From Octopus vulgaris (lineage: Eukaryota), in NCBI GenBank assembly GCA_951406725.2, contig OX597815.1:21266001-21330000 (forward strand): a stretch of 64,000 bases of DNA. Reading direction: 5' to 3'. Position numbers and translations under genes: made by a program. Each line of letters opens with the position of its first letter. The first letter of the stretch is position 1. The notes under the pieces were generated by a model, which did no database searches, had not been told where the DNA came from, and was given only the letters and a program-made list of their open reading frames with translations. This document shows, piece by piece, positions 1-12,394 of the stretch.

Positions 1-586
1 GCACGTAAAAAGCACCCGCTACACTCACGGAGTGGTTGGCATTAGGAAGGGCATCCAGCTGTAGAAACACTGCCAGATCAGACTGGAGCCTGGTGCAGCC
101 TCCTGGCTTCCCAGACCCGGTTGAACCATCCAACCCTTGCTAGCATGGAAAACATACGTTAAATGATGATGATGATGATGATGTCAAGCCTTATTGAAAT
201 ATCAAAATGTGAAAGAGTCTGAACATCAAAGTGAAATGAATGCAGTGTTGTAGTTCAACCCCAGGTCAGCCCTGACTGAGCAGTTTTATGATCAAATGTA
301 TTCTAGCCCATCTTTCTCTCAGACAATGTGCATCTAGGACTGTATTATCAAATGAGTCTCCCTTTTCAAGCTGGTAGATTATAATTTGAGGGAGATTTGC
401 CAACCATTTCTAACAGGTTGAGTGTCTTTTGGCTCATGATAATGATCTGTACTTCTGCCAAACTAGTTGAGATCTGTTCAAATAAAGACAACACTTAAAA
501 TTATACAGCAACACTGTGGATCAAGGTAGCATAAATAAATGATTTCACAGATGTTGAGTATATTTTCTTATTAACAAATAGACATA

Positions 587-982
587 GGCGTAGGAGTGGC
601 TGTGTGGTAAGTAGCTTGCTTACAAACCACATGGTTCCGGGTTCAGTCCCACTGCATGGCACCTTGGGCAAGTGCCTTCTACTATAGCTTCGGGCCAACC
701 AAAGTCTTGTGAATGGATTTGGTAGATAGAAACTGAAAGAAGCCCATCGTATATATGTAAATATATATATGTTTGTGTTTCTGTGTTTGTCCCCCCAACA
801 TCACTTGACAACCGATGCTGGTGTTTTTACGTCACTGTAACTTAGTGGTTCGGCAAAAGAGACCGATAGAATAAGTACTGGGCTTACAAAGAATAAGTCC
901 TGGGGTCGATTTGCTCGACTAAAGGCGGTGCTCCAGCATGGCCACAGTCAAATGACTGAAACAAGTAAAAGAGTAAAAGAGA
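587..982 (+). mobile_element. tRNA-derived SINE family 1 (internal (TA)n, AAAGAGT tail). Other copies at about 1279-1672(+), 8735-9260(-), 18139-18535(+), 28230-28568(-), 40724-41122(+), 42578-42935(-), 53935-54170(-), 61730-62168(-)
   Basis: Pol III A/B-box-like head (tggctgtgtggtaag...ggttcagtccc), then accttgggcaagtg (CORE-like). Many near-identical dispersed copies. Confidence 0.9.
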
Positions 983-1893
983 GGCAAAAAATCAATAGAT
1001 GTTAATATAGCTTTATTAGCTACATTAACATTTCTGTCTCATGGATGTAAATGTACCTAATAAAATAGAAACTCATGTGGTACTTGTTTTGACCATTTAT
1101 TTTTAAATGTATGTTGGATAGTTCTATTATTTTACATAATGATTGTAAGGTTAAATTGATGAACTATAAAATTCATATAGCTATGAGTTTAAATCTTAAG
1201 CATCTGCATGTATACATCTGAAGGCCAGTGCATAACTCTGAATACTCTAGCGTTTGGTTAACAAACATTCCACTTCTAGGCGCAGGAGTGGCTGTGTGGT
1301 AAGTAGCTTGCTAACCAACCACATGGTTCCAGGTTCAGTCCCACTGCATGGCACCTTGGGCAAGTGTCTTCTGCTATAGCCCCGGGCTGACCAATGCCTT
1401 GTGAGTGAATTTGGTAGACGGAAACTGAAAGAAGCCTGTCGTATATATGTATATATATATATATGTATGTGTTTGTCCCCCTAGCATTGCTTGACAACCG
1501 ATGCTGGTGTGTTTACGTCCCCCGTCACTTAGCGGTTCGCCAAAAGAGACCGATAGAATAAGTCCTGGGCTTACAAAGAATAAGTCTCAGGGTCAATTTG
1601 CTCGACTAAAAAAGGCGGTGCTTCAGCATGGCCGCAGTCAAATGACTGAAACAAGTAAAAGAGTAAAAGAGAGTTCTATTTCACACTTAAATGTTTAAAA
1701 GAAAAAACTGTATATGATTTTAAAACAATTTCTTCAACAATACACACATGTTGAAATCTTCAAAATCAACCTTACTTCATACTAACATTAAGAAATATTT
1801 AGCAAAAGAGCATTGAAAGAAATAGGTCTAACTCAGTTATTCAAGTCTAATATCTTATTTTAGAATTTTGACAAATTTTCTTTGAAATTTCAG

Positions 1894-2282
1894 ACAAAAT
1901 AAATGAAGATTGTGAAATTCCAGTGAGCAGTGTAAATCATTCTAAAGCAGATCAAATGGTCCAACCAATTAGCAATTTGATTGAAAAAGAACCAAACTAT
2001 TTTGATCAGTCAGAGTTGGCAAAGAGTCTTGATCTTACTTATCCAGATAATCGACTTGCTCTGATAGGCGGACCTTTCAGTATTCTTAAAGATATGGAGA
2101 AAAACAAAATCAAGCCGAATATTTTAACTTTCACTCAAATAATTGACTGCCTGCCATTAAACAATAACGCAGAAGTTGAAATTCTGGACTACATGAAAAG
2201 TTTGGGGGTGCGACCAGACATTGATTTCTATAACATGATAATCAGGAGAAGAAATCGGTCCTTACGGTATCGGGATGCAAGG
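1894..2282 (+). CDS. PTCD1: PTCD1 (pentatricopeptide repeat protein 1, mitochondrial), internal exon; upstream exons lie outside the window
   Basis: tttcag acceptor ending 1893 and GT donor at 2283. Encodes ...NRLALIGGPFSILKDMEKNKIKPNILTFTQIIDCLP...GVRPDIDFYNMIIRRR, which contains PPR-type motifs. Phase-0 join to the next exon. Confidence 0.88.
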
Positions 2283-2387
2283 GTTTGTTTTATGTTTGCC
2301 AATCATTCTGCATGCAATTGTGTGTGTGAGCATGTGTGTTCTTAAAGCCCATATTCTTTTCAAGTCCTTGTGTATAGTACAAGCCTG

Positions 2388-2799
2388 GGATCTTTTCGGT
2401 TTGAATGCCAGTTTTTTCTAGTGGTATCATATAAAATTGTCACCCATTATTATGACCCTAGTATCGATCTATTGCATTTCAATCTGTTTTAGGGGTGGGG
2501 GTGGGGGAAGGTTACCTTTTTTTTCTTCGGAAATGTAAATAAACCCAATCTGTTTCTTAAACGAGGGACATATTCATACGGCACAGAATGTTTTCACCTC
2601 AATTAGACGTCATTGATTGGTTGAAATTGCGGAAATTGAAGACAAAAAGCAACAAATATTTTACAAACTATAGAATTTTCTCAATAAAGCCAAGAGAAAA
2701 AGATGTTTTATAAACACATTCTACCAGTATACAAAGTTTAAAAGTGTTTAGTTACGTGAAAATTATTTTAAAAATCTGCCATTCAAACCGAAAAGATCC
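2388..2799. mobile_element. MITE with GG..CC termini and 8-bp TSD (Merlin- or hAT-like)
   Basis: TIRs ggatcttttcggtttgaa / ttcaaaccgaaaagatcc; TSD caagcctg on both sides. Confidence 0.88.
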
Positions 2800-4229
2800 C
2801 AAGCCTGCATTATAACATCTCTCAGTTATGTTTCATTTTTCCTGTGAAGTCTACCATTCCCAGGTCATAAGTTACCTCTAACAAAATTTTGCATATTCTA
2901 CCATCTCCATCTCTACATTGAACACTCAAGAGAAAACTTTCCTCACAATCACATTGATACACATTGCCACATGCAAAAACTTCTCCAATTCCTCGTTTCT
3001 ATCTTCTTCAAATGATGTTCCTCTAAAGCAAGTTCCTAAACTCGCCAAACCAGGAACTGTACCCATGATCTTACAATGATGACCCCAGCACCCATACACA
3101 TGGCTTTGCACTTCCCTGATCACATATACACAAATATATATTTAATATATATGAATGTTGTTCGAAGACCCGACAAATAAAGTGAGTTTATGGCTGTATC
3201 CTACACCAGCTTCACACAACCAGCCCATTCAGAGTACCTTCGATCACAGGACGGCCTGCTGTGCTTACCTTGGATCGTGGGGCAACCTGCTGTGCATGAG
3301 GAGACTTATTGAGTTAAGTACATCAACATCAAAATAAAAATCAAATGGAAATTGTAGTTGTGATACCCATGCTGGTGGCACGTAAAATGCACCATCCAAT
3401 GCCAGCGCTGCCTTGGCTGGCATCTGTGCCGGTGGCACATAAAAAGCACCCACTGCACTCACAGTGTGGTTGGCGTTAGGAAAGGCATCCAGCTGTAGAA
3501 ACATTGCCAGATCAAACTGGCGCCTGGTGCAGCCTCCTGGCTTCCCAGGCCCTGGTTGAACCGTCCAACCCATGCTAGCATGGAAAATGCACGTTAAACA
3601 ATGATGATGATGTTCATAAAATCATTATGCCTCATCACCATTGTTTTTATACCCACTTTTTCCATGCTAGCATGGCAGATGCTGGTGGTGTTATATATGT
3701 ATATGTATATATATACTTCCAACTCTTTTCCCTTATACTTTATCCCTCTATACCTTATTCTCCTAACATAATGTCCTACCTTGAGGTTCATAATCTTACA
3801 AACTGTTTGGCAACCTCTTTAGTTGCTAACATTATGGAAAAAGCACCCAGTACATGCTGTAAAGTGGTTGGCATTAGGAAGGGCATCCAACCATAGATAC
3901 CATGCCAAAAAAAATCACTGGACCACATTGCAGTCTTTTGGCCCATCGGATCCTATGAAACCACCCAACCCATACCAACATGGGACATGGACAATGTTGA
4001 TTAAAATTTCATCATTATGATCATTTTTACATCAGCTTTTTGCATGTTATCAGAGGTTAGACAAGACTTATCATCACCACCATCATCATCTGCACATATG
4101 ATGATGATGATGATGATGATGATGTGCTCTGTTTGAAATCCAAAGAAAACCATGTAATTTGTAGTAAGTAGTAAGAGTTTTATTTTTGTTCAGACTCTTA
4201 TATGTGTTGTTTTTTTTTTTTTATTTCAG

Positions 4230-4346
4230 GATGTTCTACGCAAAATTGGGGAAGATAATTTACATCCTAACCAAAGAACTTTTGGCTGTTTAGCAATGGG
4301 TTGTATAAAACTGAGTGAAGCAAAGGAACTCCTTCGTAACATTGAT
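4230..4346 (+). CDS. PTCD1: PTCD1 internal exon (not in ORF track)
   Basis: Poly-T tract plus cag acceptor and gtaagg donor. 39 open codons DVLRKIGEDNLHPNQRTFGCLAMGCIKLSEAKELLRNID (PPR motif), phase 0/0. Confidence 0.88.
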
Positions 4347-4442
4347 GTAAGGATAATGGCTATTCTTGTTAAGCTGATGGAGAGTGATTGTGTGCATGCG
4401 ATTTATCAGTGATTCCTGGTTGTGTGTGTATAAATATATAAA

Positions 4443-4836
4443 TCTCTCTATATATATAAAGCTGGAGTTGTCTGTGTATGGCAGGTTTGGTAGCCTTCAA
4501 CTAACACTATCTCCTCCAAACCCCTGCAGCGCAAGTTGACCAAAATTGAGAGTATGATAAAAGAAGGCTTGCTCTGCCTTCTGTAGAAGAAAAAATTCAA
4601 ATCGGACCATGTTAAGACCAAAAATTATTAACATCAAAAAAGTGCTTATTTTCTATGAAAATCCCTATTTTTTACGATTTTTTTACTGCTGTGTCACCAT
4701 TTTTCGGTGTATTTCAACCAGAAAAATGTTCACTTAAAGAGAATAACAAGCTACATAATGCTAAATTTTTACTTTTCAAAAATTCCAATACTAAAGGGTC
4801 GAAACAAACCCGAGCAACGCCGGGTGATACTGCTAG
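4443..4836 (+). mobile_element. Non-autonomous Helitron-like element
   Basis: 5' TC(TCTC)TATATATATAAAG start, subterminal hairpin cccgagcaacgccggg, 3' CTAG end, A|T insertion context, no TSD. Confidence 0.72.
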
Positions 4837-5086
4837 TGTTATTATAAGGTTATTATTTTAAAGCAAGTTTAAGAATAACAATGGAATAATTACTGATGGG
4901 AAGACTCTTTATTGAGAATAAAGCCAAATTTAATATAAAAATCAAGTTGACTGGGATCTTGTTAAACATTTGTTGTTGTTTAAGTCCATGTCAGTCCTGA
5001 TTCGGTAAATGATAAAGAGGGTTCCAGCTGTGACCATCACATCTTTTCCAAATATAATGAATTTATTTAGTGTTATCTTTTTTTAA

Positions 5087-5387
5087 TAAGCACCATCCAA
5101 ACGTGGCCGATGCCAGCACTGCCTTGACTGGCTTCCATGCCAGTGGCACGTAAAAAGCACCAACCAATCGTGGCCGTTGCCAGCCTCCCCCAGCACCTGT
5201 GCCGGTAGTATGTAAAAAGCACCCACTACACTCACGGAGTGGTTGGCATTAAGAAGGGCATCCAGCTGTAGAAACTCTGCCAGATCAGATTGGAGCCTGG
5301 TGCAGCCTCCTGGCTTCCCAGACCCCGGTCGAACCGTCCAACCCATGCTAGCATGGAAAACGGGCGTTAAATGATGATGATGATGAT
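5087..5387 (+). mobile_element. Family-3 repeat (RTE 3' UTR/SINE tail ending (GAT)n), >25 variably 5'-truncated copies, e.g. 1-183, 3240-3612, 6570-6810(-), 7775-8040, 8816-9006, 9406-9655(-), 20093-20235, 21228-21528, 22803-23095, 24545-24876, 26742-27000, 30670-30885(-), 31243-31562, 32053-32392, 32780-33182, 35020-35185, 36930-37130, 37696-37915(-), 39056-39480(-), 43300-43613, 44610-44900, 45078-45330, 59870-60118(-)
   Basis: Shared ggagtggttggcgttaggaagggcatccagctgtagaaac...aacccatgctagcatggaaaacggacgttaaacgatgatgat with common 3' ends and ragged 5' ends. Confidence 0.9.
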
Positions 5388-6119
5388 ATGTTGTGATAAG
5401 AAGGGAATTTTAGTTATTCCCAGTGTGTCAAGCGACCAGCAGAAACTTCCTCAGCTGATACATACATGCATATATGTATATATGTATGCATGCACATAGA
5501 GAGAGGTGAATTGGAATTTACAAAAAGGAGATAAATGTACTCAATACTTTTAGTAAAGTTTACTTATTATTACTTATAATTTTGAAGCCAAGACTTCACA
5601 GTGAGTAATTACTTCAAACAGAGATAGCATGTTTAGAACTACACTATCTAAAGTATCCATCATTTGTTAAAACAATGCCATGTAGAAGTGATTACATTTC
5701 AATACTGTAGAGAGAATGTATGTTCAATTGTTGTTTCATTGACAGGCCATACTGCACTCAAATCCTTCCATGGGCTTGTGGAAAAAATTAGGGAGTACCA
5801 GTCCTGTGTAACCTACATTGGCTCATCCCATTACTGTCTTCCTTGCATCATCAGACTCATGAAAGACCCATAGTGGTTTCCTTGACAAGTGCTTGTCATA
5901 GAATTATTGTAGGAGATGTCCTACCCATGCCAGGGTGGAAAACAAACATTAAATGATGATGATGCTATTTCTTTTTGGATTTGGTTTGCAAGATTCTTTA
6001 TATGAGTTCGTGTGTTGAAGCATATTTTGTTGTGTCTGGGGAGAGTCATTTTCTTTTTGTGCCTTATAATGTAACACACTCACTGGTAAAATTTCCACTT
6101 TTTTCTTATTTTTATTTTC

Positions 6120-6156
6120 CTAAAATTTTCATTGCGTCATGCAACTTTTTCAATAG
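6120..6156 (-). ncRNA. Minimal type-I hammerhead-like motif, U3-A8 core variant
   Basis: cta-UUGAAAA-a-guugc augac gcaau-GAAA-au-UU-uag; 3-bp stem I and palindromic stem III. Confidence 0.45.
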
Positions 6157-6811
6157 TTTTGACTCTGAGTGTGTTACATTATAAGGCACAAAAAGAAAAT
6201 GACTCTCCCCAGACTCAACAGTAGATGCTATTTCTGTTGTGTTTTTTTTATATAAGACATCATCATATTAACTACATACTATGTAAGACAAGTGCCTTAT
6301 TCCTACCTGCAGAATGTAAAGAGCCAGAATTTTGCCCAGCACACACATGATTCCAGTAATCATTGCCCTGGACTGGTGATTTATCTCATCCCAGATTGAT
6401 GAAAGACAAAGATGAGATTTGAACTCAGAACATAAAACATCTGGAACAAATACTGCAAAGCTTTTTGTTTGATTCTATTAAACCTCCACTTTCTGATTAC
6501 ATTATATCTTCAGTACAATCCTAACAGTTCCAGAATAATACTGTTATTTATATATATATATACATATACATCATCATCATCGTTTAACATCCGCTTTCCA
6601 TGCTAGCATGGGTTGGACGATTTGACTGAGGACTGGCGAACCAGATGGCTGCACCAGATTCCAATCTTGATCTGGCAGAGTTTCTACAGCTGGATGCCCT
6701 TCCTAATGCCAATCACTCCGAGAGTGTAGTGGGTGCTTTTACGTGCCACCGGCACAGGGGCCAATCAGGCGGTACTGGCAACGACCTCGCTCAAATGTTT
6801 TTACACATGCC

Positions 6812-6846
<35 letters not shown>

Positions 6847-7095
6847 ATAACTGTGAAAACAGCCTATATCAGTTGCATGGGGCTGAATCAAACTATTTTA
6901 AATGATATATATATACACACATACATATATATATATATGGCAAATGAAAGACAAAAGATGAAATATACGAGAATTTATTAATTACATCAATTAACCATAT
7001 ACATAACAATCATTGGGAAAGTGACCGTGTTTTACAAGTAAGCTACCAGGTGTAAACCATTCGTTTTATTATCCAATTTTTTACAAGAGGGTTGA

Positions 7096-7137
7096 CAGTG
7101 ACTTCAAAGTTTTGGCCTGCTACTCTCCATCAGACTG
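7096..7137 (-). ncRNA. Decayed minimal hammerhead-like motif
   Basis: cagu-CUGAUGG-agaguagcaggcc-AAAA-cuuugaag-UC-acug. Stem I and the GUC triplet are intact; A9 and G12 are mutated and stem II is weak. Confidence 0.35.
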
Positions 7138-7313
7138 ACTCACATCAAAGTTTTTAAATATGTACTTGAGTAATCCCTCACTTCAATGTTAAATTCTTTT
7201 ATATATAACTTGACATAAAACAGTATATATATATATATATATGTGACCACGTGTGTACCATTGGCGATTATTTTTCCTCTGTCTTCCCTTCTCTGGATCT
7301 TTCCTTCTCCTAT

Positions 7314-7348
7314 GTTTCCGATGAAGAGCTCCGCTCGAAACGTTAAAC
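7314..7348 (+). ncRNA. Minimal type-I hammerhead-like motif (U4>C)
   Basis: guuu-CCGAUGA-a-gagc ucc gcuc-GAAA-cg-UU-aaac; palindromic ACGU stem III as in Penelope-associated hammerheads. Confidence 0.55.
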
Positions 7349-7541
7349 CTTCGTTCTTCCCTTCCTTCCTGAGCGTCCTATAATACTATATTTGTTCCAC
7401 GTCCTCGCGTTGTTGTGTTTTCATGTTTGGATTAACTTTATATACATATTATATACAGGTACTGACATGGCCTAGTGTTTACAAGTCAAACAGGTTGCAT
7501 TTAAAATTCAATTTATTTTTTAAGCTTTTATCTTATTTTAG

Positions 7542-7724
7542 GAACTTGGCATGGAACCAAATATTGAAATATTTGGTCTGTTAATGTACAAGAGCAATAT
7601 GGATTTTAAATACAAGCTTGAACTTCTAGAAATGATGCCAAAATGGGGCCTAAAACCTAACACTGCATTCATCCAACACATTGAAAACCATATAGCCAGT
7701 GCTCGGAAGAAAATTCTTGGGATG
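7542..7724 (+). CDS. PTCD1: PTCD1 internal exon
   Basis: ttttag acceptor and gtatgt donor. Encodes ELGMEPNIEIFGLLMYK...WGLKPNTAFIQHIENHIASARKKILGM, phase 0/0. Confidence 0.87.
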
Positions 7725-10170
7725 GTATGTGAATAACAATTCTTTATTCATTATTTTTTGTTTTTTTGTATTGGGCCTCAGAGAGGCAATGACAAATGAC
7801 CAACACCTGCCAAGCCAAGTGAAATTATAGTCATGGCCAATGCCAGTGTCCCATAACTGACACCTGTGCTGGTACAGTGTAAAAGGCACCCACTACAGTG
7901 TTGGAGTGGTTGGTGTTAGGGAGGGCATCTAGCTGTAGATACCTTGCCAAACCAGATTGGAACCTGGTGCAACTTACCAGTTTTCCGTCAAACCGTCCAA
8001 CCCATGCCAGCATGGAAAACGGACGTTAAATGATGATGGTTAGTTCACTTAGTGGATTATAGTAATGCTGGGGTATTGCCTTCAAGAATATAGTCAATGT
8101 GATTTCTAAACTTTATTCTGTTCTTATGAATCATGAGAGGGAAAAGGCAAATAAACCAATGATGAAAGGCACTCAAGCCATGACCTTCAAGTCTTTTACT
8201 GAGACAATGTAATCTGTACCGCACATTTTTTTGTAAGGTGATGAAGTGTGACAGAGGTCTTGTCTACTGGTTGACTGGCTACGTAGAGATTGCTTCGTTG
8301 GCTCGCAGTCTGTAGTGTCGTTGTTTAGCCAAAGTCATTCCTCATTGAATAGACATAAGAACAAAGTCGTTCCAACCACGATCATCCTGCTTTACATATA
8401 TGTAGGGAGCCGAGGACTGCGTTCAGTGTGTACTTATTTACACCATTGTAAATTCGTGACGTAGAAGGGAGCTGACTCTCCTAAGGGACATCACTGTGGT
8501 AAATCCTAAACCAGTCAATAAATGTGAATCTTTCAGTTGATTCGCCTCTTATGACGAGAGAGAATAGTCTTGCCAGTTTGAGATAGGGTGATTTTTACCT
8601 TTAGAAGTAGAAATAAAAAATATATCAATTAATTTGATTAAATTTTCTTTCTTTTAATCAGCCGTTAACATTCTCATGCAGCTATTTCAGTTTCATTGGA
8701 TATCTTCGGTACAAAGCAGTCGATTGAACATTATTCTTTCTTTTATTCTTTTACTTGTTTCAATCATTTGATTGAGGGTCATGTTGGAACACCACCTTGA
8801 GGGGTTTTAGTCGAACCTCCCCTGGCACATAAAAAGCACCCACTACACTCTCGGAGTGGTTGGCGTTAGGAAGGGCATCCAGCTGTAGAAACATTGCCAG
8901 ATCAGACTGGGGCCTGGTGCAGCCTTCTGTCTTCCCAGACCCCAGTCGAACCGTCCAACCCATGCTACCACGGAAAACGGACATTAAACGATGATGATGA
9001 TGATGAAATCGACCCCAGGACTTACTTTTTAGCCTAGTACTTATTCTATTGGTCTCTTTTGCCGAACCACTAAGTTACAGGGACATAAACACACTAACAC
9101 CTCTTGTCAAGCAGTGGTGGGGGACAAACACACACATACATACGATGGACTTCTTTCAGTTTCTGTCTCCCAAATCTACTCACAAGGCTTTGGTTGGCTC
9201 AAGGCTATAGTAGAAGACACTTGCCACACAGTAGGAATGAACCCAGAACCATGTAGTTGAGTTCACACTGCTACGTCTTCAAATTAGTAAATTTATAAGA
9301 GTAAGAGGAAGAAATATAAGGAAGCATATGACGAAATTATTTCTTTAGGATAAAGGCATTATTGTTCACATTTCATTATTAATGATAGAGATGGAAAAAT
9401 AGTAATCATCATCATCGTTTAACGTCCGTTTTCCATGCTAGCATGGGTTGGACGGTTCGACCAGGGTCTGGGAAGCCAGGAGGCTGCACCAGGCTCCAGT
9501 CTGATCTGGCAGTGTTTCTACAGCTTGATGCCCTGCCTAACGCCAACCACTCTGTGAGTGTAGTGGGTGCTTTTTATGTGCCACCGGTACAGGGGCCAGA
9601 GGAGGCTGGCAAACGGCCACGATCGGTTGGTGCTTTTACGTGTCACTGACACGGACTCTTAATTTTAAACAAGTCTGATAAAATGAGTAAAAACAGTTTC
9701 CCCTCATGGTTGTAGTCCAATGACTAAAATCATTAAAAGACTTGCTTAAACAGCAATGCAGTTTCATGACTTCATTTGTATTGAGTTTATGATGTTTATG
9801 ATATTACCATGAGAACCAGAAATGAAATCCAAAGTATGAGCTTGAAGCAACCATTTTTGCACATGTCATTGACATAAGGATAAACGTTTTCTTCAAACTT
9901 CCATTTCAAAAAAATATTCAGATAGTGGATATTTAAAGAAAACCAGGCTCAGTTTACCAGCTGGTGGTCAGAAACAAGTAACTTTGAGTACTAGAAATTC
10001 AGTAATTATGTATTATTTGTATTGAGTACTTGTAATTTATTGCTTCTGGTGAAATATATATATATATATATATATGGTAAGACAACAAAAGAATGAAAGA
10101 GACCTCAATATTATGTAAAGAGAGGAATTTATCTGTAAATGTAATATGTGACAATTATTCAGTAGCCATG

Positions 10171-10229
10171 ATAAAACTCCGAGTTTCGGATGTCGGGGTG
10201 GGAATCCATGCTGCCATCTCTTCAGTTAT
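10171..10229 (-). ncRNA. Type-I hammerhead-like motif, canonical core
   Basis: auaa-CUGAAGA-gaug(22 nt)cauc-c-GAAA-cucggag-UU-uuau, inside an element (10076-10247) flanked by (TA)n. Confidence 0.6.
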
Positions 10230-10411
10230 TCGGCCATCAGAAAAATTATATATATATATATATATTTAGGTATGGTTGTAGGTTAAAAAGTTCACTTCGC
10301 AACCACCCAGTGACATGGTTTTGGGTTGGTACTTTGAGTGGCTTCTACTAGCCCCATGACTAACCAACAGATTTGGTAAGTTTATCATGTGTGTGTGTCA
10401 TCATCATCATC

Positions 10412-10457
<46 letters not shown>

Positions 10458-10618
10458 ATTCGAGACAAAACCACTATTTTAAAACCAAACAAGGAAAGAC
10501 TTAATCAATACATAAAATTTTAATATAAATTAAATAAACTGCCACTACAAATGTTTCATGTCTGCTACCGACAATTTGATTTTTCCCTGTAATTTTGGAT
10601 TCATTCCCTAATATTTAT

Positions 10619-10668
<50 letters not shown>

Positions 10669-10775
10669 TAATAAGTGAGTTTGAATTTCCCCTCTTTTCA
10701 CCTGGTTGCTGGTGTCAATTGCTTGGAGTCTACAAGGAAAGTATACCCAGGCTCCCTGACATATTGCACACACAA

Positions 10776-11612
10776 CAGTGTAAGCGTCCTGAGAGAAAAG
10801 TTGGCCTTAAGAAGTATCAGATGTAGTGTGCAAGAGAGACGACTGCACTGGTATGGTCATGTGTAGCGAACGGATCCTAGCAGTTGAGGGAACCTGTGGA
10901 AGAGGTTGACCCAGGAAGACCTGGGATGAGGTGGTGAAGCACGACCTTCGAACATTGAGTCTCACTGAGGCAATGACTAGTGACTGAGACCTTTGGAGAT
11001 ATGCTGTGCTTGAGAAGACTCAACAAGCCAAGTGAGACCATAACCCGTGTCCTATGCCAATGGTATATAACTAGCCCACTTATAAGTACCCTTCATTCAT
11101 TGGACAATAAACTTTGTTTGCGAAGACCTGTTGAGGCAAGTGAAATCAAAATCGCTGACGTGGCTGATGACAGTACCACCTGATTGGCACTCATGCCAGT
11201 GGAACGTTAAAAGCACCATCCAAGCCAGGGCTGCTGACTGGCTCCTGTGCCAGTGGCATGTAAAAAGCACCATTCAACCATGATTGTTGCCAGCATCGCC
11301 TTACTGGCACGTGAAAAACAAGATTTTAGCATGGTCATTGCCAGTGCTGCCAGACTGGCTCCCATGCTGGTGCCATGTAAAAAACACCTTTTGAGCATGG
11401 TCATTGCCAGTACCGCCTGACTGGTCCTCGTCCCGGTGGCACATAAAAGCACCCACTACACTCTCGGAGTGGTTGGCATTAGGAAGGGCATCCACCTGTA
11501 GAAACTTTGCCAGATCAGATTGGAGCTTGGTGCAGCCTTCTGGCTCGCCAGTCCTCGGTCAAACCATCCAACCCATGGAAAGCAATCATTAAATGACGAA
11601 GATGATGATGAT
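10776..11612 (+). mobile_element. 5'-truncated RTE-clade LINE: ORF C-terminus plus modular 3' UTR plus (GAT)n tail; similar copy at about 19247-19905
   Basis: Encodes VQERRLHWYGHV...GTCGRG*PRKTWDEVVKHDL...DLWRYAV (RTE C-terminus) and runs directly into the abundant family-3 repeat. Confidence 0.8.
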
Positions 11613-11836
11613 ATACACACACCTGCTACATATAGTTACAATAAACAAAACCAAAAAAGGTTAAAAAATGAAAACTGAAATCAATATTAAACCATATTTT
11701 TTCATCTCCAATTTATTTTCTTATAATTTAAATTCACTTACATAAAATAGCAGAAAACTTAATTGTTCCAGTTTTAATTGTGTGATTACTTCAAATTACA
11801 TTTTTCTTTTTTTTTTTCCTTTTGTGTCCATCCCAG

Positions 11837-12013
11837 GAACAGAAAAATGCAGTTGAATCATATTTCAATACCAACTATTTTAAAGAATCCTTCAAGAATT
11901 TCATGCAATTCTATCCAAAATGGTTGAAGTCAGTTGGATTTGACAAACCAGAACATCCTTGGGAAGAATTCCGGCACCCAAAAGAGACTGAGGTACAAAA
12001 CAGTGAAAGCTGA
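11837..12013 (+). CDS. PTCD1: PTCD1 terminal coding exon
   Basis: Long pyrimidine tract plus cccag acceptor. FMQFYPKWLKSVGFDKPEHPWEEFR resembles the conserved PTCD1 C-terminus (Y..WL.......HPW..FR). TGA stop at 12011-12013. Confidence 0.88.
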   Translation, partial: EQKNAVESYFNTNYFKESFKNFMQFYPKWLKSVGFDKPEHPWEEFRHPKETEVQNSES

Positions 12014-12270
12014 GCATTTATTCTGTATAAAGATGTTTGTTTTTTACTTGCTGTTTTTTGTCTGAGTTTTCACTTTCTTACTCTTCATGTTTTGGTAGAG
12101 ATTCCCAGCTTAAATGTTTTATGATATCACACTAAGGTCACTAAAATAAGTAACAGTCAATTCTTTTCAGATAATTTATTCAAACTGAAAGACATCCTCT
12201 TTTACTTTAATATATTTTGCATATATCTTTTTGTATGAAAGCTCTAGAAATATTTTCCTTATATTTGACC

Positions 12271-12394
12271 TTTAAAGAATCCTTCAAGACTTTCATGCAA
12301 TTCTATCCAAAATGGTTGAAGTCAGTTGGATTTGACAAACCTGAACATCCTTGGGAAGATTTCCGGCACCCAAAAGAGACTGAGGTACAAAACA
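12271..12394 (+). pseudogene. Duplicated fragment of the PTCD1 last coding exon, in the 3' UTR region
   Basis: 124-bp copy of 11879-12002 with 3 substitutions. It has no splice acceptor of its own. Confidence 0.9.

Noticed and set aside
10453-10620. Seventh hammerhead candidate (minus: ugucgguagcagacau-GAAA-cauuug) between (TA)n tracts
   Set aside because: Only stem II and GAAA remain; the core and stem I are missing, so it cannot be called.
11207-11460. Regularly spaced palindromic repeats that could suggest a CRISPR array
   Set aside because: Eukaryotic context, the 'spacers' are themselves homologous, there are no cas genes, and it is part of a LINE 3' UTR.
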